Source: Vicugna vicugna (taxonomy: Eukaryota). Taken from it: a stretch of DNA of 64,000 nucleotides. Location of the stretch: positions 992,001 to 1,056,000 of the forward strand of contig MU058289.1 in assembly GCA_013265495.1 (NCBI GenBank). Direction: 5' to 3'. The translations under genes were made by a program, and so were the position numbers. This document shows positions 35,150-48,560 of this stretch, in pieces (positions within the stretch are counted from its first letter, which is position 1; every line of letters starts with the position of its first letter). A model generated the notes under the pieces. That model was not told the DNA's origin, did not search any database, and saw only the letters and a list, made by a program, of their open reading frames with translations.

Positions 35150-35780
35150 ATGCTCCCCGTCCGCGCCACACAATTAGCCTCCCTCCTCTGACAGGAATAG
35201 CCGGGTCAGCGCCCGAGCGTCTCGTCCACTCCCAGAGCGTCTCGGGCCCACTTTCCCAGTCTAGCAAGGTCCGGGGTCCGCACCGGCCCGCACGCCCGGC
35301 ACTCACTGCTTCCCTTCCCAAAACCAAGTTATCCTGTGGGCTTGGTCCGAGTCTGCAGAGCTCTCCCCGGCGATCGCGCATTGACTCTTTCCTTACCAAA
35401 GTTCACAGCTTACTGCCACGCCAACAATCACAAACAGCAGAGGGAGAAAAGCCGAGTTCCGCGTTGCCCCGGCGGCCTTTGGGAAATGTGGTCCCAGACT
35501 AAGTAGGCCTGATCGCAGTGGCCTGTGGGAAACGTAGTCTGGAGCTGTAAAACAGGAGAACGTGTGCAGCCCGCTACCCATGACGAACGCTCTCCCGGCG
35601 CCCCAGACACTTCTGGGAGTTCTCGTGGGCACTGGGAATGCGCAGGCGCACGCTGACACCAGGACCTGACTGTCCACGTTAGAGTTGGCGCTTTGTTGGT
35701 TGGGCGTCGCGGCCCGGAAGGAGGCGAATAATACCTATGCAGACACAAGGATGCAGGAGTTCATGATCGCCGAGGCCCCA
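35150..35780 (-). promoter_or_regulatory. CpG-island promoter / non-coding first exon of ZNF30 with ZNF143-, NRF1- and ETS-like motifs
   Basis: This is the only strongly CpG-dense region in the window. Minus-strand ZNF143/ACTACA-like motifs lie at 35475-35493 (GACCACATTTCCCAAAGGC) and 35521-35539 (ACTACGTTTCCCACAGGC). NRF1 TGCGCAGGCGCA is at 35639-35650 and CCGGAAG near 35714. A candidate donor (gtgagt) lies near 35260-35265. Confidence 0.75.
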
Positions 35781-36829
35781 AGTAGAGAGTCAACCCAGGA
35801 CACTACCATACCAGACTCCCCAAACCATAATAATGTATACTAAAATGTGTTATGACTTTAACATAAAATATGAGAAATAGGTGTTTGAAATGATCGTTCT
35901 GTATTGCTTACTTTTCTGTTATTGAAATGCTGTTATTAAATAGAACATCAATAGCATAGTGGCAGTTAGTAATAATACTAAGACGAATTAAACACACGTG
36001 TGAGAAAAATGGTTCTGTCCTCTGATGTAACGTTTTAACTTTTTACTAGATATTTAAATTTTGTACACTATATTATGTATTCTTAAGATACGTAAAAGTA
36101 CGAACTTTTAAAAACAGAATGTAAATACAATAGGACTAATTAAACAGATATTATCTATATTTAAAAGAAATGTTTCTTTCTGTCCCATTGTACATTAGGA
36201 TATTTTTACTCTTTCTGTTTCCTTTTCCAGTAAAACTTCTCTGAACTGCCTGTAGCCTTTATGACATTCTTTTCCTTTCTTTTATGTAGTGTTAAAACTG
36301 AATACAATAAAACATAAAATTCACTTTGACTTACAGGTCTGGTTTTACCAAGCCCACATTACAATCATTCCTGGTGACAGCCCAATATTTTGACATCAAG
36401 CTAAACATCCTCTCAACAGAGTATTTGCATGTGGAATACTTAGAATTTTACTTACTAGCCTTGTAGAAACTAGTTTCCTTCTCTCAAAAAATGTTCTTCC
36501 ACTTTGTCTCTACAGGCTTTTTTGGTCAAGCAGCTGTTTGTTGGCCAGATCATTTACATCTGTAAATTCACCATAGGCTCCTCATGTCTGAAACACCCAT
36601 CTGTTCTTTTCATTCTTTTCTTTTTTTTTTTTGTATTGCAATTTAATCTTTTTTTTAATTGAAGTATATATGTATTTTTTATTGAAGTATAGTCCCATCA
36701 TTCTTAAACACTCTGAAGCATATTGGATCATAAATTAATCCTCTTCTTCTCAGGAAAAATGGCGTTAAATCACGGAGGCAGTGTGAACTTGTGAAATCGA
36801 AGCTGGAGTTCACATAAGTAGAATCATGC

Positions 36830-37120
36830 ATTCTTCAGTCACTTACTGAACATCTGCTGTAGGCCCAGCTGGTTCTAGTCTTGGGGACAGAGTGGTGAAG
36901 AGTAGTAGCTCATGTACCAGGGTTGAAGACAGATCCACAAAAAGGAACTAAATAAATAAGGAAGAGAATGTCAGATGACCGTAAAGATTCTGAAGACAAC
37001 CAAACAGAGTGAAGAGATTAAAGAGACCTGGAGTGATTCTACATGGGGCAACTGGGGAAGGCCTCTTTGAGGATGGGATGCTAGAGCAAGGCAGGGAGAA
37101 AGTGAGGGAACCAAAGGGAA
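36830..37120. mobile_element. L2 fragment
   Basis: Contains the L2-end motif ACTTACTGAACATCTGCTGTAGGCCCAG and GGGAAGGCCTCTTTGAGGA. Confidence 0.5.
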
Positions 37121-37869
37121 GATAAATGAACAAAAAAGAAAGGTCTTGATGATCATGGCTATGATGCATGTCAGCAGGGCTACATGCTAGAGTAACCCAG
37201 GTCCTGTTATGTGTTTATACCCTAAGGAACGGAATACTCTTCCACACTATCATTATTGAATTTCTTCATTTATTTACATTATTGAAAACTCTCACTTTTC
37301 AAATGCAAATAAATGTCATAATAAAATAAATGTGGATTCTCCATCAGTGGAAAGTCATATACATTTGCCATAAACAGATGGCAACTACAAAGACACATCC
37401 AGTGAACTTGTGGACTTCCAGACTGCCCGGGGGGCCCTCCTGCCCCAGCAGAGAAGCTACAATTCTAAAGATGCTGTCCCTCCCACTGTGCCTTTGCCCT
37501 CGAGGGTTTTGCCAATTCTGCCAGACTGGGAAGGCTCCAGGGCAGGATTCTTCCCCAGATAAGCTCTAAAGATCATCAAAGTCCTCAGAGGAGCTGTTCC
37601 CTTCAAAAAGCATGAAGATTCACTGGGCACTGGGAACACACATCACACATATACTTTCATCAGGTCCCCTCAACCTAAGAAAAGGAATTGTCACCACTTC
37701 CTTGTTAGACCAGAGGAAATGGAGTCTGAGGGCAGCGAGATCACTCACTTAAGATTAGAACTGAAACTGGGGACCTCTCCGTACACCCCCTGCATTCAGG
37801 ACCCTGGATGGGAGTGATGCCTCTCAGGGTCTCCAGACTCATCAAATGCTTGAGTGCCCACTTCTTGTC

Positions 37870-38248
37870 TTCTGCTTTGTCCGGACCAAACTTTAATCAG
37901 GCTTCTCTCCTCACACTTGCTCTTAAACTCAGGTTTGACCCCAAGCCTTTAGCAAGCAATGAAAGGCAGAACATGACCCCCCCCATTCGCCCCTCCTACC
38001 CCATCAGCTTACCCTAAGCATCAGCTGAGAAGAGCAAGACAACTTTCCTATCAAACTGCTGCCAATCATGCTATTCCTTGCTTGCCCAACTTCCCTTTAA
38101 AAGTTTCTGCTTTTGCTTACCCCTCCCTATAAAAGAAAAACCCTTTTCTATTGATATGCTTGCAGGTTTCTGAGATACAGTTCTGTCAATTGCGACAGTC
38201 TTTTTGAATGGTCTCTTCTTACTGAAGTCTGGATTTGTTTTCATTTGC
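37870..38248 (+). mobile_element. ERV1 solo LTR (MER31/MER67-like)
   Basis: Starts with the motif GACCAAACTTTAATCAGGCT, has CCAATC and a TATAAAA box near 38128, and an LTR-like U5 end. Confidence 0.55.
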
Positions 38249-38818
38249 AAGAGCAGGGAGAGTTCCAGACACCACAACTCCCTATAACGTGCACTAGGAT
38301 CAAGAAAGTGGGAGCTTGAGAGGGTGAGGAACCCTATGGGCAAAATGAGACAGTGAGAAGTGGGTAAATGGGGCAGGTCCCTGGGACTCACCAGGCCCCT
38401 TTACCCCTACTCAATGCCCCCAAACCCACCCCAGTAAAATTTGCACAAGGCTCCGGGCGCCGCCCAGGGGTGGGGGAGAGGGGAAGGAGGGTCCCAGTCA
38501 GGGACCAAGAGTCTCAGGAAGGCAAAGAGGTCACTGGGGGACACTAATTGTACAGGGACATGGTGATGGGCCTCATCTTCGTCACCAACCTTCCCTGCTT
38601 GGTTTCAAAAGCTACCTGGAGGGCGGCTCAGCCCAGCTCTCCACAGCAGGTGTGGACCCACTGGTCATGAGTTAAATGACTGAAATGCCGTAAGTCCGGT
38701 CCCCACTCCTGCAAACTGCAAAAACTCACTCCCCGTCTGGGCTGTGATCAATCCATGCCCCTGTCAATACATGGGATTTTCAGTAATGTAGTTTTTGCAC
38801 CACATCCTGCCAAGCTAG

Positions 38819-39557
38819 TGTTGTTGAACCCAAGTTCTTGTGTCCCAGGCACAGTGAGGCCAAAAAAACCAAACGTCAGATTTTGGAGCAGAGAAAGGTT
38901 TGCAAGTGGAGGAGGTGCCAACCCGGAAGATGGGAGACCTAGACTGTCTCAAATCCGTCTTGCTGGCTGGCTAGGGTGCAAGGTTTTTAAAGGCAAAAAA
39001 GGTAAAAGGAGAGGTTTTTTGTCACTACAGCTTCCTGATAAGACCTCAGTTGCAGACTTCCTGGCACCATCTTGTGACTCCATGTGTCACTGGTAATTGT
39101 GATTGATCTATGTCTTCCTGCACAGCAAACTAGTAAATCACAGCCTTGGGCCCCTTAACTTCTTTCTAGGAAAGAGCAAAAGCAATGGTTGGCATTTTGT
39201 TTTTACTTAAAGCCTTCGTGATAGTTCAAGGGTTTCAGTTCTTAATTTATGCCCCTCCCGGTGTCATCTGCTTGGGGCCAGCTGGTTGAAGCCACAGGAC
39301 ATTATCTCGACAGCTTGGCATCATAAATCAAGTCATCCTTTTAAGCTAACAGTCGTGGAAAAGATTATGTTGGGCTTGCTTTTCCTTTGTTTCTGCGTTC
39401 TCTCACTTCTCTAGTTAGGACGGTTTACCGGTTTGAATCTGCTCTTTGGAACTCAGAGAAGGTTTAGGAGACTAAGGCCTTTTCCTATGAACGTGAAACA
39501 GGGGACACAGGAAGTCTTTGTATCCGGCAGGGCCCCGCAGGGCCCCTCCTGGTTTCA
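38819..39557 (-). mobile_element. ERV1 solo LTR, 739 bp
   Basis: TG...CA termini flanked by a perfect 4-bp TSD, CTAG (38815-38818 and 39558-39561), the TSD length typical of ERV1. Orientation is inferred from resemblance to recalled cetartiodactyl LTRs. Confidence 0.75.
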
Positions 39558-39784
39558 CTAGGGGAGAGCTTCTAGTTCCTGGAAAAGACCAACAGACACG
39601 GGAAGGTCACTGGGAAAAAAACGCCTCTAGATTCCACCACCCCAGGTGAGGCTTCACTTCCTCTTAAAGGGCCATACCCAGATTTACAGGGCTACTGTGG
39701 GCCACAACTCACCTCAGAATCCCCTTGACACATGAGTCCTGATAGGTTTTGGGATTGTCATGGTCTCTACATCAAGTCTCTGTC

Positions 39785-40200
39785 CTTTCAGTCTGTGTGG
39801 TCCTGGGCAAGGCAGTTAACCTCTTTGAGCCTCTAGGGACTGACTTGTAAAGATGATAATACCTCCCTCCAGGGTGTTAGTATAGTATCAGTGAATTTCC
39901 CTCCAGTTCAGAGGTTCTTAAACGTAGTACCAGAAAGAACAGCATCAACATCACCTGGCAACTTGTAAGAAACACAAGTTCTTGGACTCTATTCCAGACC
40001 TACTGCGGCAAGATTCTGGTGGAGTCCAGCACTCTACTTTGTACTATTAAGGGCCTTCTGACGTTCACTCAAGTTTTGGAACCGACTCTAAGTAAAATTC
40101 CAGTGGCTAAAATGGGAAACTTGTTTCACAGGAAGTGACATGAAAAGCCCAGGGCCTGGCGCACACTCAGTGCTGTTATATAACTGTTATTATTAGCACT
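39785..40200. mobile_element. MIR interrupted by a MER5A-like DNA element (~39905-40090)
   Basis: MIR core CTGTGTGGTCCTGGGCAAGGCAGTTAACCTCTTTGAGCCTC. MER5 motifs CAGCATCAACATCACCTGGCAACTTGT and AAGTTTTGGAACC. Confidence 0.6.
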
Positions 40201-41234
40201 ATAATCATAAGGGTCTTGCATATCCTCCAGTCATAGGGTAGGGCAGAGATGGGTCTTTGCAGAGTCACTGGTGAAATCTTTCAAAACGTAAAATACAATG
40301 ACTCAGCAAGTGGCGTCATAAGTAATGTTTAAAATTTTTACAAAATACACGCTTTTGTACTATTTGACACATCAAATAATTTTGAAAAGCAGCACGTGCA
40401 GGAGGTTTCATAGACTAAAGATAGACCAGTTATACAAGGGATGTATTCTTTTAGGCCACACGACTCAACCCTTGGAAACATCTGGAATTAGTGCCCTCAG
40501 GCCACAGTGGAGAGTGTAGCTGACATGGTTTCAAGTTTGTGACATAAGCTGATATGCTCTCATTTATGTCTTATTTTCAAGATAAGACTGCCCCTGCCTC
40601 CCTTCCCATCCTCATGGCAGCCAGACCCAGCACAAATGTGTGGACATGAGACAACCAGCCTGACACTCAGTGGCTTGGGGTCACTAAGTCTTACCCTAAC
40701 CAAGACACCTCCTGCCCGTCATCTGAACCTGCAAACCCCCAAGAGAGTACTAAATCCAGGGAAGGTGGGAAAAACGGAACCACTAAGGAATAAGAAAGCC
40801 ATCCGAGGAAGGAGCACAGATGAGAAAGCCTAATAAGGCAGAATTTCACAATGACTTCTGCCCATTTTCCACTGGCACCAAGTAATTTGCATGGTAAGTG
40901 TAAGTGAATCTTAGATGTGCTATCCACCAGGAGTCCAGAAAGAGAAAAAGAAATTGATGAGCATCTAGCCAGTTTCCAGCATAATCCATCACTTTGGTCA
41001 CCAGATACACATTTTATTTCTCCTCCTATATATTCAACACTCCCAGCTGCCTTCTCTGCTCTCTGACCTCATGTCTCTGGTGAATTACCAACTTTAAGGG
41101 AAACTTTTCTCCACTTCCTAATATCAAAAGGATTTAAGTACAGAAAACACTGACTATCCTAGGTAGCCCACATAAATGAAATACACATTGGAGTGTTCTT
41201 CTCTTTCCAAATATGTAATGAGGAAAGTGATGTC

Positions 41235-41860
41235 TTTACCCCCATGTTCATTGCAGAATTATTTACAATAGCCAAGATATAGAAACAATCTAAATGTTCA
41301 TCCATGGATGAATGTATAAAGAAAATTTGATACATATATACAATGGAATATTACTCAGCCATAACAAAGAAGAAAATCCTTCTATTGGCAATAACATGAC
41401 TGGAACTTGATGGCATCTTGCTACATGATATAAGGCAGACAGAGAATGACAAATGGCTGTATGATCTCACTTATATGTAGAATCTAAAAAACCTGAACTC
41501 ACAGAAACAGAGAACATACTTGTGGTTGCCAGAGGTTGGGAGGTGGGGTGGGAAAAAGGAAGAAGGTGGCCAAAGGTACAATCTTTCAGATGTAAGATAA
41601 AAAAAAAGTCCTGGGGGAGATCGTATCTAGCATGTTAACTCTAGTTAACAATACTGTATTGTACATTTGAAAATTGCTAGAAGAGTAGATCTTAAAAGTT
41701 TTCATAAGAAAAAAATTTGTAACTATGTGAGGTGATAAAATGCTAACTAAACTTATTGTGGTGATCATTTTGCAATGTATACATATAGCAAATCATTATG
41801 TTCTAAACTTTAATACACTGTTGTATATCAATTATAGCTCAAGAAAATGGAAAAAAACAA
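41235..41860 (+). mobile_element. L1MA-type 3' end
   Basis: Contains CCCCATGTTCATTGCAG, TGGAATATTACTCAGCCATA and GTTAACAATACTGTATTGTACATTTGAAA. Confidence 0.85.
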
Positions 41861-41861
41861 G

Positions 41862-41943
<82 letters not shown>
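41862..41943. repeat. (GAAA)n microsatellite, about 20 units, at the L1 tail
   Basis: Perfect tetranucleotide run. Confidence 0.95.
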
Positions 41944-41949
41944 CAAAAT

Positions 41950-42225
41950 CTGAGGAATTTTCACGGCCAAGAGAAGGAAGGAAACATGACAACTAAATGT
42001 AATTTGGCATTTGGATAGAATCCTGGAAGAGAAAAGAGACATTAGGTGAAAGAAGGGAATCTGAGAAAACTATGAACTTTAATTTGATTCATTAGTTGTA
42101 ACAAATGCAGCATACTAATATGAGATGCCAATAATAGGTGAACTAAGTGTGGGGATGGGGTGTACGGGGCGATCTCTGTAGTGGCTGCTCAGTTTTTCTC
42201 TAAATCCAAAACTATTCTAAAGTCA
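41950..42225 (+). mobile_element. Old L1MC-type 3' UTR fragment
   Basis: Contains CATGACAACTAAATGTAAT, GGATAGAATCCTGGAA and TAAATCCAAAACTATTCTAAA. Confidence 0.6.
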
Positions 42226-43149
42226 GTTAATCAAAACCCCATATTTATTATTCATATAATTTCTTATTTATATGCAACGTTATATTACAGACACCTTCCA
42301 TGTAATTGAAAATGTTATGAATGTGCATTATTCTATTTATTCATTTTTAGTGGTAGGACATGTAAGTTTTTTCGACGTGTATTTTGGCTATAAATGTGAA
42401 CCCATATTAAGGTAGAGCGATGGTGAAAGAAACCTAGGGTCAGATAATGGAGATGAGTCACTGTGTAGTTACTCGGGTCCCTCTCAGTTCTAAAGTCCTT
42501 TTACGGTTATGGGGAAGCTTCCTCCACTATGGGAGGTCAGTGACTCACATGCTTCTCTGTAGTCAATCATAAGTGTCCATCCCAGGATTTATCTCATTTA
42601 AACAGGCTGTAGAGGCAGCAACAAGTTTTGGTTTACATATATTTAGTTTCATTATACTTGTCTTTTATAATTCATGTCATCTATTTGTCTCCAAGGGTTT
42701 TTTTTTTTCTGCAAACAGATCACCTTTTTTTTTTTCCATTCAAGTATGATTTCAAAACATGTAAATATAGTTAAGGACACGTCTTAATTTTGACAATATT
42801 AGATTCTCCTCCTGACTGGGCTTTTTGTATCCATTCTCTTCCCACTGGCTCATTCACTTCATGTCAATCAGTGTTATTTTCCTAAAACACTAAATTTATT
42901 GCCTAAAACCCTCCTCGACTTACCTAACCCTTAAAATAGAGAATAGGATTCTTAGCGAGGTCCCCAAGCCCCTCGATGTGTTGTTTAACCACTTCCTGCA
43001 GGGTCACCTCCTGGCAGTAGTCTCCATGCACACAAACCATTGACCTTGCACATCTCATCCCCTTTCTTTGCATATATTACATTTGTATTTTTGTGACTTT
43101 TCATACCTGATCTCCTTTGCCTGATGACACCTGATGAACAAATCATACC

Positions 43150-43503
43150 TGTCTTATCAGTTTAGGCCATTAGAACCAAATACCATAGACTGAGTGCCTA
43201 TAAACAACTGGAATTTATTTCTCATAGTTCTGGAGGCTGGATGCCAGAATGATCAGGTTCTGGTGAGGGCCGTCTTCTAGGTTTCAGACTGCCAACTTCT
43301 TGTATCCTCATGTGGTGACAAGAGGGCCAGAGAACTCTCTGGGGTCCTTTTATAAGGTCACTAACCCCATTCATGAAAGCGCCAGCCTCGTGACCTAATT
43401 ACCTCTTAACAGCCCCACCTCCTAATACCACCACATCACATTGGGGGTTAGGATTTCAACAAATGAACTTTAGAGGGACACAAACATTCACTCTGTTGTG
43501 ACA
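43150..43503 (-). mobile_element. MaLR LTR (MLT1A-like)
   Basis: Contains ATTTATTTCTCATAGTTCTGGAGGCTGG, CCCCACCTCCTAATACCA and GGACACAAACATTCA. Confidence 0.8.
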
Positions 43504-43849
43504 GCTGTGTGAAATTCTGTGCATACTGTGGACAGGACAGGCATGGCGCCTTTGCTCTCAAAATCTTTATGTGCTAGAGGAATCGGTGATTATTATGTAA
43601 CTGACAACTGATAAATTACTTAATTCTTCACTGATGACATCTCTTTCCTCCTTCAAGATCACTTCTGAGAATCCTGTATTTCCCAAGGCTTCAGAAACTT
43701 CCACATTCTTGTTCTGTCCTCAATGGTCTCATAATATTCCAATCTTTGTTATTTAGTCTAGAGTTTGGGATTTTTTGGAGTCTTCCCCACAGCTTGTCTT
43801 TTGGGCTTTGCAATTGTAGTGTCCCATTGCCCAGTGGTGCTTGCAGTAT

Positions 43850-44345
43850 ATTGAAGATGGCAGTAAGTTCTTCACTACTTCTCCCATTGAAAAGTGAGTC
43901 TAATTCATATTCCTCTAAATCTGGATGGACCTTAATAACTAGCTTGATTAAAAGCTTTGATGGGTGTAACATTCTGAGAATAGGTCAAAGCAAAGGGAGT
44001 TACAACTGCTGTGGTCTATGGGGTCTCTTAGAACAGTCATGGGGGTGCTGTGTTGCCATGTAAGAACTTTGACCACGTGGAGGTTCTCAGCTTAAGAGTC
44101 TCATCTGAGCCCAGCCTTTCAGTCGCCTGCAACAAGGCACACGTATTTGAATGAAGCTGCCATCCATCTATCAGCAGAGTACCACCACGTGACTTCCACC
44201 GAAGCGACATGAATGAAGTTTACTCAGCTGAGCCCAGTTCAAATTCTTGACCCAGAAAATCATGAAAGTCAATGAAATGTTTCTTCTTTCAAGTCATTTA
44301 CCCTTAGCATTGTTTGTTACGCAGCAGTAGGCAACTGGAGAAATC
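43850..44345 (+). mobile_element. Old MaLR LTR (MLT1G/H/I-like)
   Basis: Contains CAGCTGAGCCCAGTTCAAATTCTTGACCCAGAAAATCATGA and the terminal GTTTGTTACGCAGCAGTAGGCAACTG. Confidence 0.6.
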
Positions 44346-44477
44346 TGAATATTTTCACCTGCTTAATTCTTAACCTCCTCCAATGGCAAGTGTCTTTCCT
44401 ACCCAGGGCCTATCTTTCAAGAGATGTGGACATATTTACTCAGGAAAGTCAGAAACAGCCTTGATCTGGGAGGCAGG

Positions 44478-45581
44478 TCTATTCTACATTTTGAAATCCC
44501 AGTCCATCCCTTCCCACCCCCCTACCCACTGGCAACCACAAGTTTGTATTCTATGTCTATGAGCCTGTTTCTTTTTTGCATTAATGTTTTGTTTTGTTTA
44601 GATTCCACATATGAGTGATCTCATATGGTATTTTTTTTCTCTTATTGGCTTACTTCACTTAGAATAACATTCTCCAGGGACATCCACGTTGCTGCAAATG
44701 GCGTTATGCTGTCGGTTTTTATGGCTGAATAGTATTCCATTGGGTAAATATATCACATCTTCTTTATCCAGTCATCTGTTGATGGACATTTAGGCTGTTT
44801 CCATGTNNNNNNNNNNNNNNNNNNNNNNNNNNNNNNNNNNNNNNNNNNNNNNNNNNNNNNNNNNNNNNNNNNNNNNNNNNNNNNNNNNNNNNNNNNNNNN
44901 NNNNNNNNNNNNNNNNNNNNNNNNNNNNNNNNNNNNNNNNNNNNNNNNNTCCATACTGTACAGTGTCTGTACCAAACTGCATTCCCACCAGCAGTGTAGG
45001 AGGGATCCCTTTTCTCCATACCCTCTCCAGCATTTGTCATTTGTGGATTTTTGAATGATGGCCATTCCGACCCGTGTGAGGTGATACCTCATTGTTTTGA
45101 TTTGCATTTCTCTGATAATTAGTGGTATTGAGCATTTTTTCATGTGCCTCTTGATCATTTGTGTTTCCTCCTTGGAGAATTGCTTGTTTAGGTCTTCTGC
45201 CCATTTTTGGACTGGGTTGTTTTTTTCTTGTTAAGATGTATGAGCTGCTTATATATTCTGGAGATCAAGCCTTTGTCAGTTTCATTTGCAAAAATTTTCC
45301 CCCATTCTGTAGGTTGTCGTTTTGTTTTACTTATGGTTTCCTTTGCTGTGCAGAAGCTTGTAAGTTTAATTAGGTCCCATTTGTTTATTCTTGCTTTTAT
45401 TTCTATTGCTTGGGTAGACTGCCCTAGGAGAATGTTTCTGAGATACATGTCAGATAATGTTTTGTCTACATTTTCTTATAGGAGGTTTATTGTGTCTTGT
45501 CTTATGTTTAAGTCTTTGATCCATTTTAAGTTGATTTTTGTGTGTGGTGTAAGATTTACATGCTGCTGTCCCGTTTTCCCA
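44478..45581 (-). mobile_element. Young L1 fragment (same family as 25918-28313), containing an assembly gap
   Basis: Near-identical to the reverse complement of ~26973-28133. The ORF track shows matching ORF2 C-terminal peptides. Confidence 0.9.
44807..44949. other. Assembly gap (143 N)
   Basis: Run of N inside the L1. Confidence 1.
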
Positions 45582-46749
45582 AAAGATAGGTCTGTATTTT
45601 TAAAGTAAATAAATTTGGGTTTTATGTACATGTTTTTCTGCATTATTAAGATGATCATATGATTATGTCTTATCCATTAATATGGTGAATAACATTTGTG
45701 TATTGCCTAATAATAAACCATTTCTGAGATGAACCCAAGGTTATACAATTTATATGCATTGCTGAATTTAATCAGCATTTATACAACAATATTATTCTAA
45801 CCTTATAAAATTAGTTTGCAATTGATTATCTCTGAAAGATTTTGAGTATATTGGGATTTATCATTTCATTGACTATTTCATAGAGCCCTCCCCCTATAAA
45901 TCTGTCAGGATTAGGGATTTTCTTTTGGAAATAGAAAATATAGTTTTGATGTGTTTTAGATTGTTCAGTGAAGACATCTCTTGGTGGTTGACTTTTGCAT
46001 ATTGACATGAAGGAGATGAGGAAACAAGCTATGTGAACATTTGGGATAACTTCACTCAGGAGATGGGGATATCAGTTCAGGGTCTCTAAGACAAAAGGGC
46101 TTTGTGTATTTGAGAAGTCAGTGATAACAGGAAGGGATGAAGTCAGAGAGGTCAGCTGGGGGCACCTCCCACAAGACCATTATAAGGCCTAAGACCAGCT
46201 AAGCAGTCTGAATATCAAGACATCAAACCTCCCTGCCATTGATTTGTGACGTTATATATATCATACCAAAGTTCCCATATGGGTCTGAGAATGTCTCTGA
46301 GATTTATTTGTCTGTTTTTGTGCCAGTACCATACATATGGGGACAGCTTCACCAAGGCATCCTTATGATCTTCCATGTCTCCATAAAGCCATGTGGGCAA
46401 GGCCCTACTGCAGTCTGACCTATGTGTTGGCAGAAAGTCCCAGGAACACGGTAGGACCTCATGAAGAGTTTTCACACAGTATTTCTCACTTGCCTTCCTA
46501 TCTTATAGGAGGCTGCCATGAGGAAGTTTCTCATTTATCTCCCCGATTCTGCTGAGGTGTGAGCCTTCTCACCTTGTTCCTTGCCACCCCACTCCCACTC
46601 ATCATTTAGGGTACACTTAGCTGCAGACTGGAACTGGCTCTCACTAACGCCTAATTCCATTACTGTCACCTTCTAGTGTGTTTCAATATCTGGTAAAGAA
46701 GGTACCTTCTTCTTACACTTCTCTTTCAAAGCTCTAAGTTCAACCACCA

Positions 46750-48560
46750 TGAAATGTGGCTGTGTATAACACTGAATAAATATCTTTTGTCACAGACTAA
46801 ATATGTCTATGAAATAAGATACATGAAGATTATGCTCAAAATGAGGTGTTTATTAATAGCACAGAACAAGAAAAGGAAGTAGAAATGTAGAATTATTGGG
46901 AATAAGACATCATCGTCAAAATACAGTAGTGGAATAGTAAGGCTGATGTAGTTAAATATGAAATGGGAAGCTGAACTATCAGATAGGGAAACTGCAAGTG
47001 CAGTTGGAAAGGGGCAAAGCCACTGAAAATATTAAAGAAAAGCTAAAAATGCTAATAAGTATCAATGATAGGAGCAGACACACCCAGATAACAGAATTAA
47101 AGAAGGTAAGGGAATATTGAAAGGAGATGTTTAAAAAAGAGAAACACACATCCAGATACATTATAATAAAACAATGAGTATGAAGGGCAAAGAAGACGTC
47201 TACACACATGCTTACTGAGCTCAAAAATTACAGTGGGTGCAAGTATATAAAGAAGCAAAAATTTGAAAGTATTGAAGGAAAAAAATTTACACCAAGAATA
47301 TTTGAAAGGAAAAGAGAAAAATAAATATTTGTGAGGACATTAGACCCTCAAATTCATTTTTTCGAACTGAGACCTACCATGATGACCTTCTTAAAGAAAA
47401 TATCCAAATAAGAAAAATTAACTGGAATGCTCAGAGGATAATATTCTGGCAAGTTTTATTATTGTCTAAAATTAACAAAGATAAAATAAATGTACATACA
47501 CATCACACCACACTACTCAAAGAGCAAATTCTGTTGGAATGCACATATTTCCTGGATGATATTTATATAAACTTTTATTCTACTTCACAGAGTGGGAAGG
47601 GGTTTTCCTTAAATACTTCCTGCCTCCTCAGTGGCTTCTAGGCCATTAAAATTTTGCCTCAATTTTTCCAGGTGGATGGAGGTCAGAATTAGACCCCCCA
47701 GAGTGCACTGGCTTCTGCTGTGTTGATAGTGTGAGGAAACAAAAAGGATAGTGAGAGTGTGCTAAAACGCTTGTTTTAATTTTTCTAAAACTCATAAGGA
47801 TATTCACAAGGAAATTCACAGGACAAACAACCATAAAGACATACTTAAAAAGGGGGGAAAATGATAGGGTAGCTTTTCTACCAGAAATTAGGTTATATTA
47901 TAAAGCTGTAGAAATAAAGATCATTTGATCTCGGCTATTTGCACAGTATTACACTAATAGCTCAAAAGGAGATCCACGCACATTTGGACACCTCATTTAT
48001 GGCAGTGGGGACAGAAAGAAATATGTTCTTATGTGCATCAGAATACAAGACAAAAGGTCCCAGAGCAGCATTGTTATTGTAAAATCCTACAAGCAAAACA
48101 AAGGCCCGTCAGCAGTTCAATGGATAGAAAAAGTGTACCATGGTGTGCTCAGCAGGAATGAAAATGGATGCCAGAAAGAAACAAGGAACAATATGGGCGA
48201 ATCTTACAAACATTTATTTTCTGAAAGAAGTTAGAGTAAGGTCTTATAAACAGATCACATGATTAATATGTAGACGGAACCAAAATAGTTTTTAATTGCA
48301 CAATAGGGAAAACTATCCCCCAAATCAGGACATGCTGATTTAAAAAATCAGGATATTGGGTCCCTCTTGGGAAGGAAAATATTGTGAAAGGGATGGAGCA
48401 TTCAGGACTAGGGGCACTGCTAGAAAATGTTGTATTAGCAATACCTCTACCCTGTATTACCCTCAGTGGTAGTTACTTACTTAGGTATTGGCTTTAGAAA
48501 GATTCATTAAACGCTACCTAAATATAAAGCAATTTCCTATACTAATAATATGTTTCTCAT
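46750..48560 (+). mobile_element. Highly degraded L1 (L1ME-like) fragments
   Basis: A-rich sequence with TATATTATAAAGCTGTAG and CAGCATTGTTATTGTAAAA...GGCGAATCTTACAAACAT motifs. Confidence 0.4.

Noticed and set aside
34763..35748. 142-215 aa ORFs on both strands at the CpG island
   Set aside because: Stop-codon depletion in GC-rich promoter DNA explains them, and they have no recognisable domains.
37330..40930. Possible secretoglobin or other small-gene exons in the GC-richer patches
   Set aside because: I found no signal-peptide or secretoglobin-like translation and no consistent exon chain. The region is mostly LTR, MIR and MER5.
41632..41650. Imperfect palindrome TGTTAACTCTAGTTAACA
   Set aside because: It is a minor variant of ordinary L1MA 3' UTR sequence.
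41740..42042. Lys/Glu/Arg-repeat and Phe/Leu/Ser-repeat ORFs
   Set aside because: These are translations of the (GAAA)n microsatellite.
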